Origin: Candidatus Gastranaerophilaceae bacterium
Lineage (GTDB): Bacteria; Cyanobacteriota; Vampirovibrionia; Gastranaerophilales; Gastranaerophilaceae
Length of the DNA: 30,577 bases
NCBI GenBank assembly: GCA_051888595.1
Contig: JBJFBU010000004.1
Span: forward strand, 1 to 30,577
Reading direction: 5' to 3'
Shown here: piece by piece, positions 18,624-27,557 of the stretch
Numbering within the stretch: the stretch's first letter is position 1
Layout: each line of letters starts with the position of its first letter
The notes under the pieces: generated by a model
The model's database searches: none
What the model was told of the DNA's origin: nothing
Seen by the model: the letters and a program-made list of their open reading frames with translations, nothing else
Translations under genes and position numbers: made by a program

Positions 18624-19691
18624 ATGGCAACGCTAACATATAAACCTGTGTTATATTTAGTGCCAGCATTTGATGCTACAAAAGATTTTACATTCTCTTT
18701 TACTTATTCATATGGTTCTTTACAAGATAATACAATCTTAATAAAAGATAATAGTAACAACAATGAAATATACAGAAACAAAGTTATAACTAAACAATTA
18801 AGACAAGTTGTCCCTGCGAACACATTAAGTAATGGCAAAGTATATACTGTACAAATACAAGTCACTGATGCAAATGGTGATATTTCAGCATTTAGTGACC
18901 CTATAATAATTTATTGTTTTACTGAGCCTGAGTTTAGTTTTACTAATATATCAAACGAACAAACAATAACATCTTCATATTATAAATTTAATTTGAGTTA
19001 TACTCAAATAGAAGATGAATTACTAAATCAATATACTATTATATTATATAATGGCAATAAAACAGAGATAGTAAATACTGGTAGTCTTTATAATGTTGAT
19101 GATTTAAGCTACACTTTTTATAATCTTATTAACAAAGATTTTTATTATATAAGAGCAATAGGAACTACAGTACATAATATGACAATTGATACTGGATATA
19201 TATATTTTAATATTTTATATGAAACACCGCCTGTCCAAACATTGTTAGGATTAGAAAATTTGCCTAGTGCTGGTGCTGTTAGAATTTCGCCAAACATTAG
19301 GGTAGTTGGAGCAACCTCTAATCCTACAACACCAATATATATAAACGAATCAAAAGTTGACTTAACATCTGATGGTTCTTATGTTAAATTTGAAGACGGA
19401 TTTAGTATTATAAACGATTTTTTGATTCAAGCTATTGGTGAAAATATGATAGAAAATTCTACTGTTATGGTTTTAGATAACAACATAAATCAAATAATTG
19501 TAAATTTTAGAACAGGAAAATTTGAAGGTCAAGAAACTATAATGGCGTATTTTGAATTAAAAGTATACAATTCGTTAACTAATTATTATTTAACAAGTAA
19601 CTATTTTCCTGTTCCGTCTTCTAGTAACCAAGTTTATTTTTGGATTAGAAGAGTTGGTTCAAGATACGAAATTAAAGCAGAAATATTATAG
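18624..19691 (+). CDS. Tail tip protein with FN3/Ig-like beta-sandwich segments
   Basis: RBS aaggaggtg. TLSNGKVYTVQIQVTDANGDISAFSDP and NLINKDFYYIRAIGTT are FN3-like. Confidence 0.6.
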   Translation: MATLTYKPVLYLVPAFDATKDFTFSFTYSYGSLQDNTILIKDNSNNNEIYRNKVITKQLRQVVPANTLSNGKVYTVQIQVTDANGDISAFSDPIIIYCFTEPEFSFTNISNEQTITSSYYKFNLSYTQIEDELLNQYTIILYNGNKTEIVNTGSLYNVDDLSYTFYNLINKDFYYIRAIGTTVHNMTIDTGYIYFNILYETPPVQTLLGLENLPSAGAVRISPNIRVVGATSNPTTPIYINESKVDLTSDGSYVKFEDGFSIINDFLIQAIGENMIENSTVMVLDNNINQIIVNFRTGKFEGQETIMAYFELKVYNSLTNYYLTSNYFPVPSSSNQVYFWIRRVGSRYEIKAEIL

Positions 19692-19702
19692 GGGTGGTTC
19701 TA

Positions 19703-20626
19703 ATGGTTTTTTGTGGAAGAACATTTTGTGGAGATAGAAATTCATTAGATTATACAACTACTAATATTTCTAATATTAAAAGCGTAACTGTACAAAATGG
19801 TATATATGATAGATTGTATGTAGATTCTAATGGAAGTAAAACATATACGACAGATATTCCATCAGAATGGGAATATAGTACTATAATGGATGCTCATTTT
19901 GATGGAAACTTAAATGCTGGAAATGTTAATTTTGTTTTTGAAAACGTAAATTCTATATTAATAAAAAGAGAAAAAGATGGAACAGGACAATGGATTACAT
20001 TATTTAAGATTGATATTAATAATGAAAGTGATTTTAATTTTACAAAATTAGACAAAACAGTAAGAGCAAACACAAAGTATAATTATTCTTTAGTCCCTAT
20101 AATAGCAGGACAAGAAGGTGAGATGAATATTTCTTCAATATTTGTAGACTTTGAAGGATTATTTATAATGGAAAAAGATGTAACATATCACGCTCTTATT
20201 AATATAAATATGACACAACAAAAAAACAGACCTTCTGCAATTATTAATACTATAGATAAAACATATCCATATGTTGTAACAAATGGTAAAAATAATTATT
20301 GGTCTGGAACATCATCAGCAGTATTCATAAAAACAATTGATAATGATTATGATTGGCAATGGTATGATAGTTATGAATACCGAGAAGATATATATAACTT
20401 TTTATGCGATGGCAAACCTAAAATATTAAAGCATTTTGATGGAAGGATGTATTTAATATCTATTGTTGATAATCCTACACATGACGAAACAACAAGTAAT
20501 TATTTCCCCACCACTACATTTAATTGGGTAGAAATAGGTAATGCAGAAGATAGTCAAGATTTATATAATAATAATATCGTAGATTATAATAGTAAATTAA
20601 CAGATGTGATAAATGAGGTGGTATAA
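19703..20626 (+). CDS. Distal-tail-like/FN3-containing tail protein (start likely ATG 19703)
   Basis: RBS aggggtgg. DKTVRANTKYNYSLVP (FN3-like). C-terminal FLCDGKPKILKHFDGRMYLISI. Confidence 0.6.
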   Translation: MVFCGRTFCGDRNSLDYTTTNISNIKSVTVQNGIYDRLYVDSNGSKTYTTDIPSEWEYSTIMDAHFDGNLNAGNVNFVFENVNSILIKREKDGTGQWITLFKIDINNESDFNFTKLDKTVRANTKYNYSLVPIIAGQEGEMNISSIFVDFEGLFIMEKDVTYHALININMTQQKNRPSAIINTIDKTYPYVVTNGKNNYWSGTSSAVFIKTIDNDYDWQWYDSYEYREDIYNFLCDGKPKILKHFDGRMYLISIVDNPTHDETTSNYFPTTTFNWVEIGNAEDSQDLYNNNIVDYNSKLTDVINEVV

Positions 20627-20628
20627 TT

Positions 20629-22740
20629 ATGGCTTATATACCTACACAAACTGATATAGAATTATTATATCAAAATAAACTTGATTTATTTATTATTATT
20701 AATCTTTTAAATAAAAATTTTCAAACCGTAGAAACATTACAAGGTGAGTTATTAGATGATAATTACAATATAGAAGCAGATTCTGATATAAGAAGAAATT
20801 TTGATTTGACCATGTTTGTTAAAGACAGTTCTTTTTTAATTGGTAACGACACAAAGATATGGCTTGATAAATATATACAAATATATATTGGAGTAAAAAA
20901 TCAAAGAACGGAAGAAATAATATATTATAATATGGGAATATATTTATTTAATGAAATAGGTTATGAATATAATACTACAACAAAAACTTTATCTTTAAGC
21001 TGTGTAGATTTAATGGCAAAATTTACTGGACTAAGAGGCGGTCAGGTTAGAGGTCTTCAAACTATTATATATAGCGGTTCAGATATTAGAAAAGCAATGA
21101 TAGATACAATAACATATGATGATAAAAACTTTAAATACAGAATAGATAACAGAGTAAAACCTAAAACTATAGAAAATATATTTAATAAAGATTCTGGCTC
21201 TATAGAGTATATAAATACTTATTTTCAAAATGACCGTTTCAATAGACCGTCTTTATTTTTTTCAATACCTTCAGGAGAAACAACAGCTAGTATTACTTAT
21301 TATGATATGTCAAAATTTGAGTTCGGAGAAACATATACAATTCCAGAACCCCCATGTATAATAACAGAAAATGTTAATGATGAATTTTATTTTACTATTA
21401 CGTTTTTTGGGAAAAGTAATAATGTGGACAAAACACAAGTTATATCCCCAGAATCTTCTAATCCTTTTGAGATTACTATTGATAAAGATTTTACACAGCT
21501 AAAATATATGAAAATAGAACTAACTCTGTTATCAACAAATGAAGATTTAACTAAATTTGAAATGCAAGAATTTTGGATATTTAAGGGTTCTGGATATAGT
21601 GTATATAATTTGCCAGCATATATAGCTTATGATGCCACTGGGACTGTACCTTATGACTTAGAATTTAATGTTGGTGCTACGCAATATGACATAATTAAAG
21701 AGTTGAATGAGCTGGAATCAGGATGGGAATTTTTTATAGACATAGATGGAACTTTTATTAATCAAAAAATTCCAACTACAGAGCAAGATAGTTATATACT
21801 GGATTGGGAATTATTAAATTCATTGATTATAAATGAGCATTTGGAAACTAATTTCGAATCAGTTAAAAATTCAACTAGGATATGGGGTAAGTGCATTGAA
21901 CCAGACAGAATAGGTATTGTGACAACAGAAGAAACTTTTTATGGCGTTGAAATGGATTATTTGATTGGAAGTAATCAACCTGATATAGATGATGGTTTAT
22001 TGATTGCTTTAACTTTTCCTGATGGTAAAAAAGATAATATAAATAGGGTTATTTTTGTTGATAAATATGCGAATCCTCAATTTGTTGATGACGAAATACA
22101 ATATGATAGATTCGTTCGAACATGTAGATTAAGTGGAGTTAGTAATATGGGAGTAACTAGCACTGATATTGAAGCTGGTAAAACTTATGTATTTAAATAT
22201 TCTGAGGGTACTTTATATTTACAAGGACAAGAACAGGTTTGTTATGTTGTTAAAGAATATAATGAATTACCATTAGCAGAAGGTCAAACAAAAGAAGATT
22301 GGATAAAAAAAGATAAAGAAATAGAAGGAACAAATAATGTAAAATATATTATTAATTCCGAATCTGATAAAATCACGCCTAATATGACAGAAGCTGAAAA
22401 AAGAGAGTACTACAACCCTTTTGCAATAGATGAAATCGGAGAAGTTAGAAATGTACTTGGGGATGGCGATTATGAAAAAATATATGCAGATGATTTAGCA
22501 AGACAAAGGGCAGAGTATGAAAATTGGAAATCAATGAGATTGAATACTACTCTCACTTTAGAATTAAAACCTATTTTTTGGCTGGATGTAAATCAAAAAA
22601 TTCAATATAAAAGCAAGGTAACTGGGAAAATCGAAGAATATATAATTAAATCCATTAGTTCGTCAAGTACATCTGGGACAATGACAATAGAAGCAGTTAA
22701 ATTTTTTCCTTTATATCCTTTTATTGTTGATAATGATTAA
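20629..22740 (+). CDS. Tail hub/Tal-like baseplate protein with an inserted domain
   Basis: RBS gaggtgg. IEADSDIRRNFDL, LSLSCVDLMAK..G.RGG, WEFFIDIDGTFI, C-terminal PIFWLDVNQKI..YIIKSIS...MTIEAVKF are typical of phage hub proteins. Confidence 0.65.
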   Translation: MAYIPTQTDIELLYQNKLDLFIIINLLNKNFQTVETLQGELLDDNYNIEADSDIRRNFDLTMFVKDSSFLIGNDTKIWLDKYIQIYIGVKNQRTEEIIYYNMGIYLFNEIGYEYNTTTKTLSLSCVDLMAKFTGLRGGQVRGLQTIIYSGSDIRKAMIDTITYDDKNFKYRIDNRVKPKTIENIFNKDSGSIEYINTYFQNDRFNRPSLFFSIPSGETTASITYYDMSKFEFGETYTIPEPPCIITENVNDEFYFTITFFGKSNNVDKTQVISPESSNPFEITIDKDFTQLKYMKIELTLLSTNEDLTKFEMQEFWIFKGSGYSVYNLPAYIAYDATGTVPYDLEFNVGATQYDIIKELNELESGWEFFIDIDGTFINQKIPTTEQDSYILDWELLNSLIINEHLETNFESVKNSTRIWGKCIEPDRIGIVTTEETFYGVEMDYLIGSNQPDIDDGLLIALTFPDGKKDNINRVIFVDKYANPQFVDDEIQYDRFVRTCRLSGVSNMGVTSTDIEAGKTYVFKYSEGTLYLQGQEQVCYVVKEYNELPLAEGQTKEDWIKKDKEIEGTNNVKYIINSESDKITPNMTEAEKREYYNPFAIDEIGEVRNVLGDGDYEKIYADDLARQRAEYENWKSMRLNTTLTLELKPIFWLDVNQKIQYKSKVTGKIEEYIIKSISSSSTSGTMTIEAVKFFPLYPFIVDND

Positions 22741-22758
22741 TAGAAAGGAGTGATTCAG

Positions 22759-23541
22759 ATGAGTACATTATATCCAGATTATGATAACAAATTTCCATCA
22801 GAGGGTATAGATGATTTTGAAAAATTTATTGACCCTGATATAGCTTCAATACAGGCTATAAATCTATATTATCAATATTTTGATGCTGGAAATATATCGA
22901 GCGCAAATTCTGTATTAGAAAATAATCCACAATTAAAAAGAATGATTATTAATGCAGAGAATCTTAATAAATTGAGAGATGCTATAATGTCTATTGAACA
23001 ATTTTATTTAGACGATATTCAGCAATATCTTGTAAATATAGTAAAATACAGAAATGAATATGCGGCGAATGTAAAATATAATAAATATGATGTTGTTGCA
23101 TATGGAAGTGGTACTACAAAAGAGGTATATATGTGCGTATCAACATCGACACCTATAGGAACGTCACCAACTAATACAACATATTGGATTCCTTTAGCTG
23201 TTAAAGGAGATAAAGGTGATGCTGGTATAGGATTGTCTTTTCAAGGTGAATATAATCCATTTAAGACGTATCAAGCAAATGATTGTGTTCAATATTTAGG
23301 AAGTTTGTATGGAGCATTACAAGAAACAACAGGCAATACACCTACTGAGGGTGGAAGCAATGATTACTGGGCGTTAGCTTGGAGTTTTCAAATACCTGAT
23401 AATTACATAACGATGAATATGTTATCAACAGAAGTACAACAAGCCATTTTAAATGCTGGAATATTTAGTGATGATACCACAAGTGCAACTTATAGATTTG
23501 GTGCAGATAACGGTGTGGTATATATAGAACGAATATCTTAA
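22759..23541 (+). CDS. Tail fibre/receptor-binding-like protein with two small carbohydrate-binding-type repeats (start likely ATG 22759)
   Basis: RBS aaaggag. EYAANVKYNKYDVVAY and EYNPFKTYQANDCVQYLGSLY repeats flank the collagen-like KGDKGDAG. Confidence 0.6.
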   Translation: MSTLYPDYDNKFPSEGIDDFEKFIDPDIASIQAINLYYQYFDAGNISSANSVLENNPQLKRMIINAENLNKLRDAIMSIEQFYLDDIQQYLVNIVKYRNEYAANVKYNKYDVVAYGSGTTKEVYMCVSTSTPIGTSPTNTTYWIPLAVKGDKGDAGIGLSFQGEYNPFKTYQANDCVQYLGSLYGALQETTGNTPTEGGSNDYWALAWSFQIPDNYITMNMLSTEVQQAILNAGIFSDDTTSATYRFGADNGVVYIERIS

Positions 23542-23593
23542 AGAACTTTTAAGTTCTTTAAGTGTATATTATATTATTATTATTATATTATTT
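23537..23593. repeat. 26-bp near-perfect palindrome followed by a TAT/TATTA microsatellite
   Basis: cttaaagaactt-tt-aagttctttaag (23537-23562), then tatattatattattattattatattatt. Confidence 0.8.
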
Positions 23594-23608
23594 AAGGAGG
23601 AAATTATA

Positions 23609-24001
23609 ATGAGAGAATTAAGAACAATGGAAATAGCTAGAAAAGACAGACATGATGCAAGTGAAATTACAGACGTAAAATATGTTTATATTGATAAATA
23701 TGGTATTTTACACGCTAGTGATTTTGAAGATTATGCTTATGCTTATGGTAACGGTAAATATGTGGCAACAGATGAGGTTGGCACAGCTCATGGATTTATT
23801 GTAATCAACGATGTACAAGTTAAAATTTATGGTGCTGGCGAAGGTTATGTTTACAGAAGTAAGGAAGCCAAGGAAAAAGACATTAGACTTAATGTAACAG
23901 ATGGTGTTATCGAGGGTACTACTTTTGAACACGTCACTCTTTTACCTGAGATAAAAGAAGTATATAGAATTGCCAATGAATTTTATATGATGTTAAAGTG
24001 A
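23609..24001 (+). CDS. Hypothetical protein
   Basis: Strong RBS aaggagg, 130 aa, no motif recognised. Confidence 0.75.
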   Translation: MRELRTMEIARKDRHDASEITDVKYVYIDKYGILHASDFEDYAYAYGNGKYVATDEVGTAHGFIVINDVQVKIYGAGEGYVYRSKEAKEKDIRLNVTDGVIEGTTFEHVTLLPEIKEVYRIANEFYMMLK

Positions 24002-24012
24002 TTTTATTATAT

Positions 24013-24045
24013 TATATAGAGGGGTATTATTTACCCCTCTATATA
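24013..24045. terminator. 14-bp inverted repeat upstream of the holin gene
   Basis: tatatagaggggta-ttatt-tacccctctatata. Confidence 0.65.
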
Positions 24046-24065
24046 TGAAAGGATGCTAAGGAATA

Positions 24066-24461
24066 ATGATAGATTTATTAATAACTAATTTAACACACAT
24101 TGGAATTGCTGTTGGTTTATTTGCAATAGCTTATTTTGCTAATATATGTTTTAGTATATATTATAATATTAAAATATTACAACAAGATTTTGATATAACA
24201 AAATTAAGAAATGGTATATTAAAATCAATAGCAATATGTTTAGGTATTAGTGCTTTAACAATTGTGATAACTTTACTCCCTACATTCTTAGAAGTAATGG
24301 GAATAGCATTACCAGAAGATTTTATAAGCAGTTTTAATATTATTGCAATAATTGGAGCGTTCTCAAACAGTATATATAAGTATATCAAAGAAGCATTTGT
24401 TACATTGCAAGATATTTTAAACCCACAAGAAGGCTCAGATAAACCGAAAGAAGTGGACTAA
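24066..24461 (+). CDS. Probable holin
   Basis: Three hydrophobic segments, charged C-terminal tail (PQEGSDKPKEVD), immediately upstream of the lysin. Confidence 0.7.
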   Translation: MIDLLITNLTHIGIAVGLFAIAYFANICFSIYYNIKILQQDFDITKLRNGILKSIAICLGISALTIVITLLPTFLEVMGIALPEDFISSFNIIAIIGAFSNSIYKYIKEAFVTLQDILNPQEGSDKPKEVD

Positions 24462-24464
24462 ATA

Positions 24465-25094
24465 ATGACAAATTATGAATTAGTTGAATTTGCAAAATCT
24501 AAAATTGGCACACCTTATGTATATGGTATGAAAGGTGAAATTCTAACATTAGAAAAATATAAAGAACTAAGAGCTGAATATGGATATAGGATATGGAATA
24601 GTGATATAAAAAAAGTTGGAAAAATTTGTTGTGACTGTTCTGGTCTTATTTCTTGGGCAACTGGTATTATGAGAAGTTCTACAAATTATAAAGAAATTGC
24701 TGATGAAATACACTCTATAAGCACAATAAAAAATGCACCAATAGGTGCTTTAGTTTGGAAACAAGGTCATATAGGTATATATACAGGAATAGAAAATGGA
24801 ATACCATATTATATAGCAGAAGATGGTTCTGCATATAACTGTAGAAAAAATAAAATAAGTAATGCAAGTTTTACACATTGGTTCTTGTGTAAAGATATCG
24901 AATATATAAAAAAAGAAGAGAAGGATGAATATATGGTAACTCAGGCAAAAATAAAGGTTAATGGAAAAGAATATATAGTTAATCGTATATTATATAATGA
25001 CAAAAATTATATCGAATTAAGAAGCTTAGAACAGGCTGGTTTTAAAGTCGATTATATCAATTCAACACCAATATTAGATTCGCCAAAGGAGTAA
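24465..25094 (+). CDS. Endolysin: NlpC/P60-type cysteine hydrolase with a short C-terminal binding domain
   Basis: FAKSKIGTPYVYG, CDCSGLISW (catalytic C), GHIGIY (H). C-terminal KIKVNGKEY..KNYIELRSLEQAGFKVDY. No signal peptide. Confidence 0.8.
   Translation: MTNYELVEFAKSKIGTPYVYGMKGEILTLEKYKELRAEYGYRIWNSDIKKVGKICCDCSGLISWATGIMRSSTNYKEIADEIHSISTIKNAPIGALVWKQGHIGIYTGIENGIPYYIAEDGSAYNCRKNKISNASFTHWFLCKDIEYIKKEEKDEYMVTQAKIKVNGKEYIVNRILYNDKNYIELRSLEQAGFKVDYINSTPILDSPKE
24918..24935 (+). promoter_or_regulatory. Candidate internal RBS and in-frame ATG (24933) inside the endolysin gene
   Basis: gagaagga-tgaatat-ATG GTA ACT CAG at the catalytic/binding-domain linker; 24933 is in frame with 24465. 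Confidence 0.55.
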
Positions 25095-25099
25095 ATGAT

Positions 25100-26104
25100 A
25101 TGAGAAAAGAAATGGAATTAAACTTACAGAAATCACCAGAAAGTGAATTAGATTGGCACGTTTCTAATATATTAACAGCCCCTTCAAAATTACCTAGTCA
25201 ATATAGTTTAAAACAGTATTGTGGAAAAGTTATGAATCAAGGAGCTGCTGGTCTTTGTCACTCTTATGCTGGTGCGGCATTTAAAGAAATACAAGAACAT
25301 ATTGAAACTTCTAAAGAGATGAATATGTCTCCAATAGCATTAGCTAAAGAAGTAAAAAAAATAGATGGACTTCCTACGCAAGAAGGAAGTGATATTTTGA
25401 GTGTGTTCAGGGTACTTTATAAACAAGGAACTATAAAAGATGAAGACTATCCTTACACTTATGAACCCAAAAGTCTTAAATTTAAAGACGTTGAAAACGA
25501 AGAAAATCTTCCTCATTATAGAATTGGAAATTATGCTAGATGTGATACTCTTGAAGATATTAAATATGCCTTAACTCTTAATAAACCAGTAGAAATAGGA
25601 ATAATCTGTTTTAGTAATTTCTATGATATTTGGGATGACCCTTTCTGCCCCATGCCTAAAGGAAGGTCGATAGGTGGTCATGCCATGACTGTTGTTGGGT
25701 ATGATGATAATTTAACGCATAAATATTCTGACGGAACAACTTGTACTGGCTATCTCCATGTTTTAAATTCATGGGGTGAAGAATGTGGCGATGGTGGATT
25801 TATTTATATTCCTTATGATTATATAAATAAAAAGACTAATGATGAATTAAAAATGTCTTATATGCCAGATGCTTATACAGGAATTGATATTCAAAATGAC
25901 CCTATAAACCAAGATGTCGTGGAAATGTGGATTGGTAAAAATGAGATGGTCGTTAATGATAAAACAGTAATTCTTGACCAAGCACCTGAAATTGACCCTG
26001 AAACTTCAAGAGCTTTAATTCCAGTAAGATGGGTAGAATCTTTAGGCTATAAAGTTTATTGGAATGATAAAGAAAAGAAAATTACAATATTAAAATATAA
26101 TTAA
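25100..26104 (+). CDS. Papain-like (C1A) cysteine peptidase fused to a C-terminal copper-amine-oxidase-N-terminal-type domain
   Basis: NQGAAGLCHSYA (oxyanion Q and catalytic C), GGHAMTVVGYDD (H), LNSWGEECGDGG (N). C-terminal MWIGKNEMVVND..LDQAPEI..RALIPVRWVESLGYKVYW. No signal peptide. RBS aaggag. Confidence 0.9.
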   Translation: MRKEMELNLQKSPESELDWHVSNILTAPSKLPSQYSLKQYCGKVMNQGAAGLCHSYAGAAFKEIQEHIETSKEMNMSPIALAKEVKKIDGLPTQEGSDILSVFRVLYKQGTIKDEDYPYTYEPKSLKFKDVENEENLPHYRIGNYARCDTLEDIKYALTLNKPVEIGIICFSNFYDIWDDPFCPMPKGRSIGGHAMTVVGYDDNLTHKYSDGTTCTGYLHVLNSWGEECGDGGFIYIPYDYINKKTNDELKMSYMPDAYTGIDIQNDPINQDVVEMWIGKNEMVVNDKTVILDQAPEIDPETSRALIPVRWVESLGYKVYWNDKEKKITILKYN

Positions 26105-26105
26105 T

Positions 26106-26600
26106 TTAAAATAAATCTTTTTTATTTTTATATGGAAGTATTACATTAATATCAAATGGTTCTGGAACTAAATCACGAACCATTTGACTTTTTTCTTTAG
26201 TGTCACAATATATATCAATTTCTAAAGCTTTGTTTTTATGTTTGTTATATATTTTTTTAGTAGAAATGGCAAGATTGTTTTCTCTTAATCTATCAGCGAA
26301 AATTTTACCATTTTCTAAATTATCTGACACTATATTAAACTTCCATAGCTTATCGCCTTCAGATTTTTTTATGATGAAACTTGGAATCAATGTGCCTAAA
26401 AGTGTAGCAATACACATGGCAACTACAGAATATATATTAGTGCTTTTGGCAATTTTGACAATTGCTAAAAGATAAAATAAGGTGCTTAACGCATTAAATA
26501 TCGAAGCTGTGATATATTTGTCTTTGGATAAGTATATAGTTTTTAATGTGCTTAATGCGTTATCTATAAGTTTTAAAATAAATACAATTATAATTTCTAT
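26106..26600 (-). CDS. Membrane protein of DUF5698/DUF2179 (UPF0316-like) type, 164 aa, apparently starting at a non-canonical ATA
   Basis: Frame is open 61 codons upstream of the track's ATG (IEIIIVFILKLIDNALSTLKTIYLSKDKYITASIFNALSTLFYLLAIVKI...). RBS aagggg lies 9 nt before ATA 26600. No in-frame ATG/GTG/TTG before the stop at 26667-26669. Confidence 0.7.
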   Translation of the reverse strand: MEIIIVFILKLIDNALSTLKTIYLSKDKYITASIFNALSTLFYLLAIVKIAKSTNIYSVVAMCIATLLGTLIPSFIIKKSEGDKLWKFNIVSDNLENGKIFADRLRENNLAISTKKIYNKHKNKALEIDIYCDTKEKSQMVRDLVPEPFDINVILPYKNKKDLF

Positions 26601-26626
26601 TTTGTTCGTCCCCTTTTTTATTATAT

Positions 26627-26660
26627 AAGAGGTACTATTTTTTAATAGTACCTCTTTTTT
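26627..26660 (+). terminator. Rho-independent terminator with its U-tract on the + strand
   Basis: aagaggtactatt-tttt-aatagtacctctt followed by further T residues. Confidence 0.75.
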
Positions 26661-26815
26661 TATGCCTTATATTTGCAATTTTGACATAAATTTTTTATAT
26701 CACACTCTTCTTTATATGCTATGACACTTTCACCGCATTCTAAAATAAAATATTTTCCCTTCCAATAACTATATATTTCTTTACCGCACTCGCCACTACC
26801 AACAAAGACTAACAT
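26660..26815 (-). CDS. Small Cys-containing hypothetical protein (51 aa, MLVFVGSGECGKEIYSYWKGKYFILECGESVIAYKEECDIKNLCQNCKYKA); below the ORF-track cutoff
   Basis: RBS taggaga upstream of the ATG. Overlaps the end of the phosphoesterase gene. Hand translation. Confidence 0.6.
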   Translation of the reverse strand: MLVFVGSGECGKEIYSYWKGKYFILECGESVIAYKEECDIKNLCQNCKYKA

Positions 26816-27557
26816 TGCCATCATCTCCTAATTTTACAATATCTTTATACAAAAATCTTATATTATCTATTTGTTTGTCGCAATGCCAATGACCGCAAAA
26901 CCATTTTTTATATTTTGTATTTTCTTCTACATAATCTAAAAAATCTTCCGTTTTTCTGTCAACGGTTTCTTGTTTTATATTAGGTAAAAACATTTCTGTA
27001 GGTATATATTTTGATGGACAAGTATGAGTTAATATATATTCGAATTTATATGGCTCGTTTTTAATCGAAATCTGGGTACAACTTTTTTCAAATATATTTG
27101 GTTGCTCGCTTGCAAACCATTTATAATCTGTAAAACCTTGTTTAAATTTTTCCAACCTGTATTGTTTATCTACGGAGTAAGCACCGCCAATAACATAAAA
27201 ATATTTATCATCTAGGATAAAATAACTTGCATTACTAGCAAATAATATATTAGGATATTCTTTTTCGTACCAAAATGACCCAAACACATCTTCTGTATCT
27301 ATTGTAGTACGTTTATATGTAGAAATATTTTCTGGTCTTTCTTCGTGATTACCTTGTATACATATAAAGGATATAGGGATATTAGAAACATATTTTTTTA
27401 AAAAATAATCTCTATCATCACAATAGTAATTTAATCCGCTATCACCAAGAATTATCATAACATCCTTATTTTTTGTTGTTTCATATTGCTTACAAAAAAG
27501 TAATATGTTTTGAAATCTATTTTTTTGTCCATGTATGTCACCTGTTAGATATATCAT
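26796..27557 (-). CDS. Calcineurin-like metallophosphoesterase
   Basis: GDIHG, ILGDSG, GNHE, THTCP and GHWH motifs. Confidence 0.9.
   Translation of the reverse strand: MIYLTGDIHGQKNRFQNILLFCKQYETTKNKDVMIILGDSGLNYYCDDRDYFLKKYVSNIPISFICIQGNHEERPENISTYKRTTIDTEDVFGSFWYEKEYPNILFASNASYFILDDKYFYVIGGAYSVDKQYRLEKFKQGFTDYKWFASEQPNIFEKSCTQISIKNEPYKFEYILTHTCPSKYIPTEMFLPNIKQETVDRKTEDFLDYVEENTKYKKWFCGHWHCDKQIDNIRFLYKDIVKLGDDGNVSLCW

Noticed and set aside
954-24388. Numerous short minus-strand ORFs opposite the structural genes (e.g. 954-1151, 5414-5659, 9927-10316, 14798-15193, 16498-16878, 23708-23932)
   Set aside because: Antisense shadows of long, well-supported genes, with no motifs or RBS. The same applies to + strand 26200-26475, 27473-27868 and 28096-28278.
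25900-25950. Internal start for the protease's C-terminal domain, analogous to the endolysin
   Set aside because: In-frame ATGs exist, but no properly spaced SD precedes them.
26615-26650. Sigma-70 promoter for the membrane-protein gene (TATAAT on the minus strand at 26625-26620)
   Set aside because: No -35 match, and the implied start site would fall within the RBS.
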